Source: Pseudomonadota bacterium
GTDB taxonomy: Bacteria; Pseudomonadota; Gammaproteobacteria; Steroidobacterales; Steroidobacteraceae
Length of the DNA: 64,000 nt
Assembly (NCBI GenBank): GCA_039796795.1
Contig: JBDKJA010000001.1
Coordinates: forward strand, 3,711-67,710
Direction of reading: 5' to 3'
Shown here: piece by piece, positions 55,990 through 64,000 of the stretch
Numbering within the stretch: the stretch's first letter is position 1
How the letters are laid out: each line of letters starts with the position of its first letter
Notes under the pieces: model-generated
What the model saw: only the letters and a program-made list of their open reading frames with translations
Database searches by the model: none
Told to the model about the DNA's origin: nothing
Translations under genes and position numbers: made by a program

Positions 55990-57345
55990 ATGAGTAATGA
56001 AAAATTCGACTTAATCGTCATCGGTGGCGGTAGTGGTGGCTTGGCCTGCGCACAACGCGCCGCCCAGTATGGCGCCAAGGTGCTACTGGCCGAGTCAGCG
56101 CGTTTGGGTGGCACCTGTGTCAATGTCGGTTGCGTACCCAAGAAGGTGATGTGGAATGCCGCGCACATTGCCGAAGCGGCTGCCGATGCACCTCATTACG
56201 GATTCGATCTCGAATATCGAGGTCACGATTGGTCTGCACTGCGTCATGCCCGCGATGCCTACATTGCAAGGCTCAACGGGATTTACGAGCGAAACCTCGC
56301 CGCCAAGAATATTCACCTGATTCGAGGAGTAGCCTCCTTCGTCTCATCGAACGAAGTGAGGATCGGCGAGGAGGTGTTCGAAGCATCGAGAGTCGTGATT
56401 GCCACGGGCGGTCGCCCGATGATGCCGTCGATCCCCGGCAGCGAATATGGAATCAACTCGGATGGCTTCTTCGCGTTAGAGAGTCTGCCTGCCCGCACGG
56501 CTGTCGTCGGTAGCGGCTATATTGCCGTCGAGCTGGCGGGTGTACTGCATTCTCTAGGCAGCAAGGTCACTCTGGCATTTCGTCGTGATCGCGTTCTTCG
56601 ACACTTCGATTCGATGTTGTCGGATGCGCTGATGAAGATCATGCGTGAGGAGGGTCTCGCTCTTATCGATCATGCCGCTCCGCGGGCGCTCGAACGCGAT
56701 GTCGACGGGACACTTCGTTTACTTTTCGATGATGGTCGTCAGTCGGGTCCTTTCGATACGGTGATTTGGGCGATCGGACGCGAACCGATGGTCGATAGTC
56801 TCGCGCTCGATAGAGCGGGCATCCGTTTGGATAGTCGAGGCTTCATTCCAGTCGATCGCTATCAAGAAACGCCCGTCAAAGACGTGTTTGCGATCGGTGA
56901 TGTGACCGGGCAGGCTCAATTGACGCCCGTGGCGATTGCCGCGGGTCGGCGTCTCGCCGACCGTCTTTGGGGTGGGATGGAGGGACGTCATCTCGACTAC
57001 AGCAACATTCCGACAGTGGTATTTAGTCATCCCCCTATCGGCACCGTTGGTCTAAGCGAACACGAAGCGATCGATCGCTACGGCAAGCAGGAAGTCAAGG
57101 TATACACCTCCGGTTTCGTGCCGATGTATCACGCGCTGACGCCGCGCAAGCCGCGAGCCGAGATGAAGCTCGTCACCGTTGGAGCCACTGAACGAATTGT
57201 CGGTTGTCACGTGATCGGGGCTGGCGCGGATGAAATGCTGCAGGGCTTCGCCGTCGCCCTTAGGATGGGTGCGACCAAGCGCGATTTTGACGACACGGTA
57301 GCCATCCACCCCACCAGCGCCGAGGAGTTCGTCACGATGCGCTAG
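55990..57345 (+). CDS. gor: glutathione-disulfide reductase
   Basis: [11 protein letters not shown], the redox-active [13 protein letters not shown], and C-terminal ...[12 protein letters not shown]. Confidence 0.95.
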   Translation: MSNEKFDLIVIGGGSGGLACAQRAAQYGAKVLLAESARLGGTCVNVGCVPKKVMWNAAHIAEAAADAPHYGFDLEYRGHDWSALRHARDAYIARLNGIYERNLAAKNIHLIRGVASFVSSNEVRIGEEVFEASRVVIATGGRPMMPSIPGSEYGINSDGFFALESLPARTAVVGSGYIAVELAGVLHSLGSKVTLAFRRDRVLRHFDSMLSDALMKIMREEGLALIDHAAPRALERDVDGTLRLLFDDGRQSGPFDTVIWAIGREPMVDSLALDRAGIRLDSRGFIPVDRYQETPVKDVFAIGDVTGQAQLTPVAIAAGRRLADRLWGGMEGRHLDYSNIPTVVFSHPPIGTVGLSEHEAIDRYGKQEVKVYTSGFVPMYHALTPRKPRAEMKLVTVGATERIVGCHVIGAGADEMLQGFAVALRMGATKRDFDDTVAIHPTSAEEFVTMR

Positions 57346-57428
57346 CGCTGGCCAAGCAGCTGTCCGCAAGGTACACGCTGCGCGCGCTATACATTGACTT
57401 GCAAATTCCCCATGCGCGCAATGGCGTC

Positions 57429-57962
57429 ATGGAAAGTGCGGTCAAAAAAACATGGGCGACGGCCTTTTTGGCTTTGATGTTGCTGTTGTCGCTTGGCTGC
57501 GCACCGAAGTCGCAGCCGATTCCAACGGAGCGGCTGCAAATCAAAATCAATCTTTTGTGCACAACGTGTGACGACTTCCTACAGTGCACCGCCACTGGGC
57601 AGTCCGCGAGCGCCGGCTTCACGCTTTACCGACTGCGCGAGAAATCTTTCTTCGCCCAAATCGCCACGATTTGGGATTACTTGATCCAATGGGCGTCTCG
57701 CAAGACAAGCGATCGCAGGCCATTGACGATATACGTAGAGGACAATGGTGCGCCTCGGGTCCTCGTGTCCGACTCTGTCGCTAAAGTCGATATGGTCACT
57801 GGGCTCATCATGTTGCCAGATTCGACGATCGACATGCGCGACGGCAACTGGATCGTCGCCGGTGAGTCGGCTGGTCAATGTCGCGCGCTGGTTCGTCGCG
57901 ATGGCTATCGATGGCTACGCTCGCTCTTGAATAAACCGCTGCCGACCGGTGGTACGCCATGA
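57429..57962 (+). CDS. hypothetical lipoprotein
   Basis: ATG 57429 gives a signal peptide with lipobox LLSLGCAP. I recognised no family. It is translationally coupled (ATGA) to the downstream DoxX-like gene. Confidence 0.55.
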   Translation: MESAVKKTWATAFLALMLLLSLGCAPKSQPIPTERLQIKINLLCTTCDDFLQCTATGQSASAGFTLYRLREKSFFAQIATIWDYLIQWASRKTSDRRPLTIYVEDNGAPRVLVSDSVAKVDMVTGLIMLPDSTIDMRDGNWIVAGESAGQCRALVRRDGYRWLRSLLNKPLPTGGTP

Positions 57963-58402
57963 GGGCGGCGCTATTAGGCTTGCGATATCTCCTTGCGATT
58001 TTTTTTGCCGGTGCGGCTGTCAATAAATGGAAGCAGGGCTACATCACGAGTGATTATTTGAAGAGTGTTTTCCTGCAGCGAATAGAAGAGATCGATCCTG
58101 AGTCATTCGGTGCATGGTTTATCGAAAACATCGGCATCCCGCATTACGTGCCGTTGGCATGGCTCGTATGTTGGGGCGAAACACTCATTGCTGCAGGCTT
58201 ATTGTTTGGATGTATCACGAGAGGGGCGGCCGTCGGTGCGATGGCCATGATGTTCGCCTTTGCGATCGGTGGCTATTACGATGCCTCACTGATCATCTTA
58301 GGCTTAATGTTTTTGCCCTTCGTTATATTGCCGACGGGGCGCTGGCATGGTGTCGACAAGCAATTGCATGCTCGATATCCCCAATCCATTTTATTCGGCT
58401 GA
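57959..58402 (+). CDS. DoxX-family membrane protein
   Basis: 147 aa and four TM segments. LLGLRYLLAIFFAGAAVNK... and ...GETLIAAGLLFGCITRGAAVGAMAMMFAF fit the DoxX pattern. Confidence 0.65.
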   Translation: MRAALLGLRYLLAIFFAGAAVNKWKQGYITSDYLKSVFLQRIEEIDPESFGAWFIENIGIPHYVPLAWLVCWGETLIAAGLLFGCITRGAAVGAMAMMFAFAIGGYYDASLIILGLMFLPFVILPTGRWHGVDKQLHARYPQSILFG

Positions 58403-58410
58403 GGGTGCTC

Positions 58411-59685
58411 ATGAATAAGTTCGGACCTGTGCGTTTGATGCCCGGAGTCACCCGTGGACATGTCGCGGCTTATCTTTGGGCTGCCTTTGTCAGCATCGGC
58501 ATTTTCACTTACGCCACAGCACTGCAACCGTACCTTCTTGAAGTCAATATCGGCGTGCCGCCTGGCGAGAGGGGTGTTGTCTCGGGTGATCTGCAGTTCT
58601 GGCAGGAAATAGTCACCCTGATGTTCGTTGGTCTATTTGGAGCATGGTCCGATCGTGTTGGACGACGCATCGTTTATATCGTCGGATTTTTGATCACCGG
58701 TCTTGCCTATGCCGCGTATCCCTTCGCAGATGATGTTGGGCAACTGCTTATCTATCGATTGATCTATGCCGTGGGTATTGCGGCGCTGGGCGGCATGTTG
58801 GCAACGGTGCTCGCCGATTATCCAATCGATGCTGATCGCGGCAAATTGACGGGAATCTCTTTCTTCTTGAATGCCGTCGGTGCTTTGCTGTTCTTTGCTG
58901 TACTCACGCGGCTGCCATCTTTATATCAAGGCTTCGGGGCGACCGAGACAGAGGCAGGGCGATTTGCATACCTGACAATCGCGGCTGTTTGCGTCATCAG
59001 CGCACTGATCATGCTGGGTTTGAAGCCCGGCCGACCAGAACAGGTGACAGAGCGTTTGCCCTTGTTCGCATTACTGCGTCAAGGGTTGAATGCCGGCAAG
59101 CGACCACGGATCGCATTGGCCTATGCGGCTTCATTTGCTGCGCGTGCCGATCTTGTCATCGTCGCCTTATTTCTCTCACTCTGGGTTCAGTCCGCAGCAT
59201 TGGCAGATGGTGCGACGGCTGCCGAAGCAACGTCGAGACAAGGCGCTCTTTTTGGAATCGTCCAGGGTAGTGCGATGCTGTGGGCGCCACTTTTTGGTTG
59301 GCTTGCCGACAAGGTGGATCGCGTCACCTTGGTCATTATGGCCACCGTGCTTTCAGTGGCGGGATACGGCTGGATGGGGCTGACTCCAGATCCCGCCGTA
59401 GGGGCTGCTGCTTTTGGTGCAGCTACATTACTCGGTATCGGTCAGGCGAGCGGCATTCTTGCCTCACAGGTGTTAATCGCTCAGGAGGCTCCGGGGGCCA
59501 TTCGCGGTGCCGTCATTGGCATGGTTGGTTTTTTCGGCGCTCTTGGCATTTTGGCGATCTCTAAGATCGGTGGCATTGCATTCGATGCTTGGCGCCCAGG
59601 CGCGCCGTTCATCATCATGGCCGGTGCCAATGTGGTGTTGTTGGTCTATGCGATTTGGGTCAGAGCTCAGCCGCGCACACCCTGA
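58411..59685 (+). CDS. MFS transporter
   Basis: ATG 58411 (MNKFGPV...). About 424 aa and 12 TM. The motif A-like sequence is GAWSDRVGRRIVY. The listed longer ORF (58114) is an out-of-context extension over the DoxX gene. Confidence 0.85.
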   Translation: MNKFGPVRLMPGVTRGHVAAYLWAAFVSIGIFTYATALQPYLLEVNIGVPPGERGVVSGDLQFWQEIVTLMFVGLFGAWSDRVGRRIVYIVGFLITGLAYAAYPFADDVGQLLIYRLIYAVGIAALGGMLATVLADYPIDADRGKLTGISFFLNAVGALLFFAVLTRLPSLYQGFGATETEAGRFAYLTIAAVCVISALIMLGLKPGRPEQVTERLPLFALLRQGLNAGKRPRIALAYAASFAARADLVIVALFLSLWVQSAALADGATAAEATSRQGALFGIVQGSAMLWAPLFGWLADKVDRVTLVIMATVLSVAGYGWMGLTPDPAVGAAAFGAATLLGIGQASGILASQVLIAQEAPGAIRGAVIGMVGFFGALGILAISKIGGIAFDAWRPGAPFIIMAGANVVLLVYAIWVRAQPRTP

Positions 59686-59722
59686 TTCGCCATATCGCCA
59701 TACGCAGTATCAGCGAGGGTAA

Positions 59723-60241
59723 TCACTTCGTCTCAGTGTGATCGCGATGTCCCGCGAAAGACATTCTATCTAGCACGCCGAGCAGCAATGCCGAGACTAC
59801 GAAGGTCAGGTGCAGCATGACGTACCAGAAGATTTTGTCGTTCGGAATGGTCTTGGCATCCATGAACACCTTCAAAAGGTGGATTGACGAGATTGCCACG
59901 ATCGATGCCGCCACTTTGAGCTTCAAAGTCCCTGCATCCAGCTTACCTAACCAGCCGAGCTTTTCACCCTCCTGCGCAACATCCAATCGTGACACGAAGT
60001 TCTCGTAACCCGAGAACATCACCATCACGATCAGACTGCCGACCAGAACGATGTCAATCAACGTCAGCACGATCAGCACGAGCTGATCCTCGGGCATCGA
60101 CCCTACTTCCAAAATCACGTGTAGTGCTTCTTGGAAGAATTTAACGCCAAGCGCGATCAGCGCGAGCGACAAACCAAGATAGAGTGGCGCCAGCAGCCAA
60201 CGGCAAGCAAAAATCAGCTTTTCGAGACTTTTTTCGATCAC
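59723..60241 (-). CDS. yqhA: UPF0114 family membrane protein (YqhA-like)
   Basis: [27 protein letters not shown] closely resembles the E. coli YqhA N-terminus. Confidence 0.85.
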   Translation of the reverse strand: MIEKSLEKLIFACRWLLAPLYLGLSLALIALGVKFFQEALHVILEVGSMPEDQLVLIVLTLIDIVLVGSLIVMVMFSGYENFVSRLDVAQEGEKLGWLGKLDAGTLKLKVAASIVAISSIHLLKVFMDAKTIPNDKIFWYVMLHLTFVVSALLLGVLDRMSFAGHRDHTETK

Positions 60242-60789
60242 AAATTTTTCTCCGACGGGAATGGCGACATGCGCTGTAGCGCGTTATCCCGAAAGACGTA
60301 ATGGTGTACCAGACCGGCGATCGTGTGTATGGCAATCAAAGCGTAGCCGACTTTAGAGCCGGTCTCGTGGATTTCTTCGATTGTCTCTGCCAGCACTTCG
60401 CTCGGCGCCACCAGCGGTGGCAATGCGACACCAAAGAACGGAATGTTCGAGCCCTCTGCGCTCAGCAGTAGCCAGCCACCAAGCGGCATACCAATCATCA
60501 GGAGATATAGCGCCGCGTGCAGCGCGTGCGACAGTCCCGTTTGCCATGCGGGTGGAGTGGGCGAAATAGGAGGCGCCTTGAACGCGGCGCGAAGCGCCAA
60601 TCGTAGGAGCACAAGAGCGCACACGCTCAGACCGAGCATGTAGTGCCACGTCTTCATCATCTCGCGAGGCTCGCTGCCGCGCGGATAGATATCGCGAAAC
60701 TCCATCAAACAATAGACAGTCGCGATTAGCACCAGCATGAACCAGTGCAGTGCGATCGACACACTGTGATATCGGGAGGAGGTGTTCAT
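60238..60789 (-). CDS. cybB: cytochrome b561 family protein
   Basis: 183 aa and four TM segments, with the conserved His pattern (SIALHWFM..., ...THYMLG-like WHYMLG, ...ALHAALY..., ...[11 protein letters not shown]). It overlaps yqhA by 4 nt. Confidence 0.9.
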   Translation of the reverse strand: MNTSSRYHSVSIALHWFMLVLIATVYCLMEFRDIYPRGSEPREMMKTWHYMLGLSVCALVLLRLALRAAFKAPPISPTPPAWQTGLSHALHAALYLLMIGMPLGGWLLLSAEGSNIPFFGVALPPLVAPSEVLAETIEEIHETGSKVGYALIAIHTIAGLVHHYVFRDNALQRMSPFPSEKNL

Positions 60790-60828
60790 GCGCGCATTCT
60801 AGCTCGGCATCTGACCCGGTGGTGTGAG

Positions 60829-61362
60829 TCATGCCACGATACCGCGGAAAATACGTACTGGCGGTGCTTCGTCAGTCAAGGATTTCTCTTCGACGAAACG
60901 TAGGCCGAGTTTTTCCAAGACCCGGATCGAGCGCACATTGTGCGGCAGCGTGATACCGTAAACCTCGGTCAAATCCACCACACGCCTTCCCCTCGCCAAC
61001 ACCGCCTTTGCGCCTTCGGTGGTGTAGCCCGATCCCCAGTAGGTTGGTGAGACCGCGAAGCCGATATCCGGGCGCGGCAACGACGGTCGCTGAACGAGCC
61101 CGCACATCCCGATCGCGACAGGCTCGGCGCCATCTCGCCTCAATCCCATCCACAGTAGGCCGTGTCCATGCTCGGCATAGCTGGCGATAGGTCCTTCGCG
61201 AAGGTAGCGACGAGCATCCTCAATCGTTCTGACTCCGCGATCGCCGATGAATTCGTGGAAAGACGGTTCGTTGAGTAATTCGAGCACCATGGGCGCATCG
61301 TCTTCGACGAACTCGCGTAGCGTGAGGCGTGGCGTTTCGATATCCCAGCTCATGTCCGACAT
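60829..61362 (-). CDS. GNAT-family N-acetyltransferase (RimJ/RimL-like)
   Basis: IETPRLTLREF N-terminus and the GNAT core ...GFAVSPTYWGSGYTTEGAKAVL... The start is ATG 61362 or ATG 61353. Confidence 0.85.
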   Translation of the reverse strand: MSDMSWDIETPRLTLREFVEDDAPMVLELLNEPSFHEFIGDRGVRTIEDARRYLREGPIASYAEHGHGLLWMGLRRDGAEPVAIGMCGLVQRPSLPRPDIGFAVSPTYWGSGYTTEGAKAVLARGRRVVDLTEVYGITLPHNVRSIRVLEKLGLRFVEEKSLTDEAPPVRIFRGIVA

Positions 61363-61375
61363 CTTAAGATGTCGG
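61356..61375. promoter_or_regulatory. perfect 20-bp palindrome in the GNAT/photolyase divergent gap
   Basis: In CCGACATCTTAAGATGTCGG all 10 symmetric pairs match. It ends 1 nt before the photolyase ATG (61377) and covers the GNAT ATG at 61362. Confidence 0.4.
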
Positions 61376-61376
61376 G

Positions 61377-62960
61377 ATGCCTAAGCAATCGATTCATCGT
61401 CCAGTTCGTCATTTGGTTGTCATTTTGGGTGACCAGCTCGACCGACAGTCCGCTGTTTTCGAGGAGTTTGATCCCAGGACTGATCTCATTTTCATGGCGG
61501 AGGTCGCCGAAGAGTCGCTCAAGGTGCCTGTCAGCCTACCTCGGATCGTCATATTCCTCGCGGCCATGAGGCACTTTCGCGACGCTTTACGGAGCGATGG
61601 ATTCGAAGTCGACTACCGAGAGCTGTCTCATGGTGAGTCCTCGTTCGCGGCTGCGTTGACGAGCGCACTGCATCGACATCAGCCAAAGAAGGTAGTGATG
61701 GTCGAACCGGGTGAATGGTCGATTAGGGAAAGCTTGAGGGCGGCATTGGCTGAGCACCGAGTGCCACTGGATGAGCGAGCTGATCATCATTTTTTGTGCT
61801 CACATCTCGAGTTTGCCGCGCACGCACGCGGTCGAAAGCAACTTCGCATGGAGTTCTTTTATCGTGAGATGCGAAGAAAGCATCAGGTACTGCTTGACGA
61901 CGAGGGGAAGCCTGAGGGGGGCGAGTGGAATTACGACGCCGAGAATCGCGGCAGCTTTGGAAAAGCCGGCCCCATTGACCTTCCTTCGCCTACGCGCTTC
62001 TTGCCGGACTCGGTAACGTTAGAAGTGATCGACGAGGTAAAGCGAGTATTTCCAAATCATGTTGGCAAACTCGATGATTTCGATTGGCCTGTCACTCGTC
62101 GTGACGCGCTGATTGCCTTAAAAGATTTTATAGATCAAAGACTCGTCAAGTTTGGCGACTATCAGGACGCGATGTGGACTCGCGAGCCTTGGCTCTATCA
62201 CTCTCGAATTTCTGCAGCGCTCAATTTGAAGTTGCTCAATCCTCTCGAGGTGATCAAAGCTGCGGAATTTGCTTACCGATCAGGGCGGGCGCCATTAGCA
62301 GCGACCGAAGGGTTTATTCGTCAGATTCTCGGTTGGCGAGAGTATGTGCGCGGCGTTTATTGGCATCTCATGCCCGGATACTTCGAGCGTAATGCGATGC
62401 GAGCGAGTGAGCCGTTGCCGAGCTTTTTTTGGACAGCCGAAACTGACATGCGATGTCTCTCCGAATCGATCGGGCAGACTCTTGAGCTCGGTTATGCCCA
62501 CCACATCCAGCGATTAATGGTGACCGGACTTTTTTGTCTGCTGTTGGGGGTTGACCCGAAAGAGGTTCACGCTTGGTATCTTGCGGTCTACGTCGATGCG
62601 GTGGAGTGGGTCGAATTACCCAACACGCTAGGTATGTCTCAGTACGCCGACGGCGGCGTCATGGCCTCGAAGCCGTATATCGCCTCCGGGCGCTATATCG
62701 ACAAGATGAGTAATTACTGCGGCCAGTGTCGATACCAGCCCGCCGAGGCTACCGGAAAGACGGCGTGTCCCTTCACCACGCTCTATTGGGATTTTCTGAT
62801 CCGCCATGAGAGCGAGTTGTCTCGTAACCCCCGTATGGTGATGCAAGTTCGTAATCTCACCCGACTTACCGATGGACGCCGAGGCGAAATCATCGCCGCG
62901 GCTAGCGCACTGCGCCAATCGCTGCGTCTGGCTGTCAATGGTAGTAACCTAGCGCCATGA
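61377..62960 (+). CDS. cryptochrome/photolyase-family protein of the Fe-S bacterial (FeS-BCP / CryPro, COG3046) type; likely (6-4) photolyase or CryB-like
   Basis: 527 aa. N-terminus RHLVVILGDQL. Four Cys are spaced as in the [4Fe-4S] site of PhrB/CryB (MRCLSE..., NYCGQCRY..., ACPFTTLYW). Confidence 0.85.
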   Translation: MPKQSIHRPVRHLVVILGDQLDRQSAVFEEFDPRTDLIFMAEVAEESLKVPVSLPRIVIFLAAMRHFRDALRSDGFEVDYRELSHGESSFAAALTSALHRHQPKKVVMVEPGEWSIRESLRAALAEHRVPLDERADHHFLCSHLEFAAHARGRKQLRMEFFYREMRRKHQVLLDDEGKPEGGEWNYDAENRGSFGKAGPIDLPSPTRFLPDSVTLEVIDEVKRVFPNHVGKLDDFDWPVTRRDALIALKDFIDQRLVKFGDYQDAMWTREPWLYHSRISAALNLKLLNPLEVIKAAEFAYRSGRAPLAATEGFIRQILGWREYVRGVYWHLMPGYFERNAMRASEPLPSFFWTAETDMRCLSESIGQTLELGYAHHIQRLMVTGLFCLLLGVDPKEVHAWYLAVYVDAVEWVELPNTLGMSQYADGGVMASKPYIASGRYIDKMSNYCGQCRYQPAEATGKTACPFTTLYWDFLIRHESELSRNPRMVMQVRNLTRLTDGRRGEIIAAASALRQSLRLAVNGSNLAP

Positions 62961-63784
62961 CCTCGGCCACACATAATCTATCGCAGCGATTTCCGCGAAA
63001 ACGAGCCTTCATCACGGGTGCTGCCAGCGGACTCGGGCTCGCCTGCGCCGAGATCCTGGCCCGCGAGGGCTGGCATCTTTTTTTGACCGATGCAGACAGC
63101 GTCAGGCTCGAGCTCGTTACGCAAAGCTTTGCGCGTGACGGAGCGAGCGTCGCCTCCTATGTTTGCGACGTTCGTGATGCCGATGCAATCGAGGCTGTTG
63201 TCGGTTCTGCTTGTGAGCAAGCGGGCGGGATTGATCTCGCCATACATTGCGCCGGTGTGGCTGCTGCCGGACCCTTTCATGCCACGACGACCGATGATTG
63301 GCGCTGGGTGCTCGATATCAATCTGCTAGGCGTCGTCAACGCCAGTCGCGCGGTCATTCAGAGGATGGCGCGCGGTCAGGGTGGCATCATCATCAACATT
63401 GCGAGTGCCGCGAGCTTCTGCACGGGCACTCAAATGTCGATTTACAACACGTCCAAGGCGGCGGTGGTGGCACTCAGTGAATCACTTATGCAGGAGTATG
63501 CCAATTACGGCGTTCATGTCGTTGCGGCTATGCCAGGATTTTTCCAGACTCGACTGATGGAGTCAGCTCGCGGCCCCGAGCGTACTCTGCAAGCTGCCCG
63601 TCGTTTGATCGACACGTCTAATCTCGCCGCGGAGCAGGTTGCCGAAGAGATGCTTTGGGCGGCAGCTCGCGGGTCTACTCATTTTGTTTATCCAGGTCGC
63701 TATCAGTGGCTATGGCGTCTGAAACGCGCCATGCCCCAGCGATTTCAAAAACTGTTACCTCGCATCCTTAAGCGGAGAACGTGA
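62957..63784 (+). CDS. SDR-family oxidoreductase
   Basis: ITGAASGLG and the catalytic YNTSK. It overlaps the photolyase gene by 4 nt (ATGA). Confidence 0.9.
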   Translation: MTSATHNLSQRFPRKRAFITGAASGLGLACAEILAREGWHLFLTDADSVRLELVTQSFARDGASVASYVCDVRDADAIEAVVGSACEQAGGIDLAIHCAGVAAAGPFHATTTDDWRWVLDINLLGVVNASRAVIQRMARGQGGIIINIASAASFCTGTQMSIYNTSKAAVVALSESLMQEYANYGVHVVAAMPGFFQTRLMESARGPERTLQAARRLIDTSNLAAEQVAEEMLWAAARGSTHFVYPGRYQWLWRLKRAMPQRFQKLLPRILKRRT

Positions 63785-64000
63785 TGCTGTCGCCTTTTCA
63801 TCTGGCCATTCCGGTTCATGACATCGAAGCTGCACGTGGCTTTTATGGTGATTTATTTGGTTGCGCCGAGGGCAGATCTGACGTCGAGTGGGTCGACTTC
63901 GATTTTTTCGGCCATCAGTTAGTCGCTCATCACGATCCCGCTAAGCAGGCATTCTCAAAGGCAGCGCACACCAACAAGGTCGATGGAAAAGATGTTCCAG
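63784..64000 (+). CDS. VOC (glyoxalase/extradiol dioxygenase-like) family protein, 3'-truncated by the window edge
   Basis: ATG 63784 overlaps the SDR stop (TGATG). The translation reads [50 protein letters not shown]... and runs open to the window end. Confidence 0.7.
   Translation, partial: MLSPFHLAIPVHDIEAARGFYGDLFGCAEGRSDVEWVDFDFFGHQLVAHHDPAKQAFSKAAHTNKVDGKDVP

Noticed and set aside
1-64000. I searched by eye for CRISPR arrays, tRNA/rRNA genes, IS elements, integrases, and phage, toxin-antitoxin or known defence-system genes.
   Set aside because: None were found. Intergenic regions are short (mostly under 250 bp) and contain no repeat-spacer structure. No ORF shows transposase, recombinase or nuclease-NTPase defence signatures. 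A by-eye scan cannot exclude very small or degenerate elements.

Overview
GC-rich, densely coding bacterial chromosome segment. Gene content and protein motifs look proteobacterial, probably a gammaproteobacterium of the Xanthomonadales/Nevskiales type, but that is an impression and not a computed result. I support about 57 protein genes on both strands. I found no rRNA, tRNA, CRISPR array, transposase, integrase or phage genes, so this looks like core chromosome and not an island. Contents, left to right: (1) a complete Anbu operon (circularly permuted ATP-grasp, alpha-E, transglutaminase, proteasome-like Anbu); (2) an RND efflux pair; (3) a 2-hydroxyacid dehydrogenase / MaoC / Tat-exported CN-hydrolase-like operon divergent from a TonB-dependent receptor; (4) a zinc module, with zur divergent from a His-rich COG0523 GTPase, a WD40 protein and an M20 amidohydrolase; (5) a two-subunit molybdo-oxidoreductase; (6) a tightly packed mixed operon (beta-CASP MBL, SDR, TLC-like MFS, NCS1 permease, secreted unknown, lipocalin); (7) a complete propionyl-CoA to succinyl-CoA operon (scpA-meaB-pccB-pccA-epimerase); (8) a GspB-like gene coupled to a Dak2-DegV fusion; (9) a PPTase overlapping a rhombosortase-like gene; (10) fadE-DUF3667-dinB; (11) mdh; (12) a YtrA-type GntR/ABC operon; (13) purT; (14) a CDGSH protein coupled to a STAS-MlaE/MlaF/MlaD/lipoprotein Mce system; (15) an ABC-F ATPase, DsbA-like, M15 peptidase, xthA and gor; (16) lipoprotein-DoxX-MFS; (17) yqhA-cybB-GNAT; (18) an Fe-S photolyase/cryptochrome with an SDR and a VOC gene. 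Nothing here is clearly a previously undescribed system. The best second-look candidates are: an orphan promoter, hairpin and terminator unit at about 51.77-51.87 kb (candidate sRNA); a perfect 20-bp palindrome filling the GNAT/photolyase divergent gap; the zur/COG0523 (with an inserted domain)/WD40/M20 module; the Dak2-DegV fusion; the PPTase-rhombosortase pair; and a Tat-exported CN-hydrolase-like protein that seems to lack the catalytic Cys. All functional calls come from motif recognition by eye and need HMM/BLAST confirmation.
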